Shown here: positions 63,321 to 64,000 of the stretch, in pieces
Layout: every line of letters begins with the position of its first letter
How positions within the stretch are numbered: the first letter of the stretch is position 1
NCBI RefSeq assembly: GCF_963506605.1
Contig: NC_083282.1
Location: 50,406,001-50,470,000 of the forward strand
From: Zootoca vivipara
Taxonomy: Eukaryota
DNA length: 64,000 bases
Reading direction: 5' to 3'
Position numbers and translations under genes: made by a program
Notes under the pieces: generated by a model
The model's input: the letters and a program-made list of their open reading frames with translations, nothing else
Told to the model about the DNA's origin: nothing
Databases searched by the model: none

Positions 63321-64000
63321 TAGTATAGACAGCCAATGTCTGACCCTCCAACACCACCAAACAGCTGTGGGTTCCTCTTATCACCCAGTTATTAAATGCA
63401 AATACACAGAGTTTGCTTTCAGGGCAAGTATCCCATCAATAAAAGTAGTTTCTACACTTCGGAAAAAGATGTTAGTAATTTGAAAATCTTCTTAAGGTAA
63501 TGGACAATTGGAAATAGTTGATTTGTTAACATTGAACACAGTTGGCCAAATGAAGTGTAGTTATTTACAGAATTCAGGTAATGAATTCAGCAGTATCTTA
63601 CTGGCTTTCCTGAACATCATCTAATGGCTAACAGTATAATGTTGTTGTTTTCCAAACTTAACTGTCTTAATATCCTGTGTCTACACCTTTTCTAAGTTGC
63701 TCTATTCCACTGTAGTGCTATAGTAATAATAATCTGCTTTATTTATACCCATTATCCCAATATTTTGGGTGTACCCTAGGCCTGTCTCAGTTATATGTAT
63801 TCACCGTATCTCTTATTGTAATTTATTATGAAGGGTAGCATTGTCATGAATGTTAGCCAGGAAGGAAAAATAATAATTGACTCAATGCCAGATAGTGTTA
63901 TGCTCCATAGCAGTTGAAAACTAGATAGACTACACTGGTAGGTACAGAAGGCTCAATATATTGTCCAGTCATCCCCAAAACAGAGCACTTTCCTCCCCTA

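Overview
Vertebrate genomic DNA, most likely a lacertid lizard (inferred from Sauria SINEs and tRNA-Lys-headed SINEs). It covers the conserved CDKN1A-SRSF3-STK38 block: complete CDKN1A (p21, minus strand), complete SRSF3 (minus strand) and the 5' part of STK38/NDR1 (plus strand). Between SRSF3 and STK38 lies an intact three-exon parathyroid-hormone-family gene that the ORF track only partly shows: TATA/Inr at ~49588-49623, signal-peptide exon 50417-50505 and mature-peptide exon 52717-53107, giving a 159-aa precursor. By sequence and synteny this is PTH4/PTH-L, which eutherians have lost. This copy has a divergent 1-34 region (Gly1, Phe5, Trp23), a G36-R37 amidation-type site and a C-terminal RK...GKR-bracketed cryptic peptide. 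Other notable signals: a 548-nt N gap where the ultraconserved SRSF3 poison exon is expected, p53 response elements around CDKN1A, a minimal hammerhead ribozyme in a Penelope-like palindrome, and nested or tandem hAT insertions with clean target-site duplications. All coordinates were counted by hand and no database searches were run.
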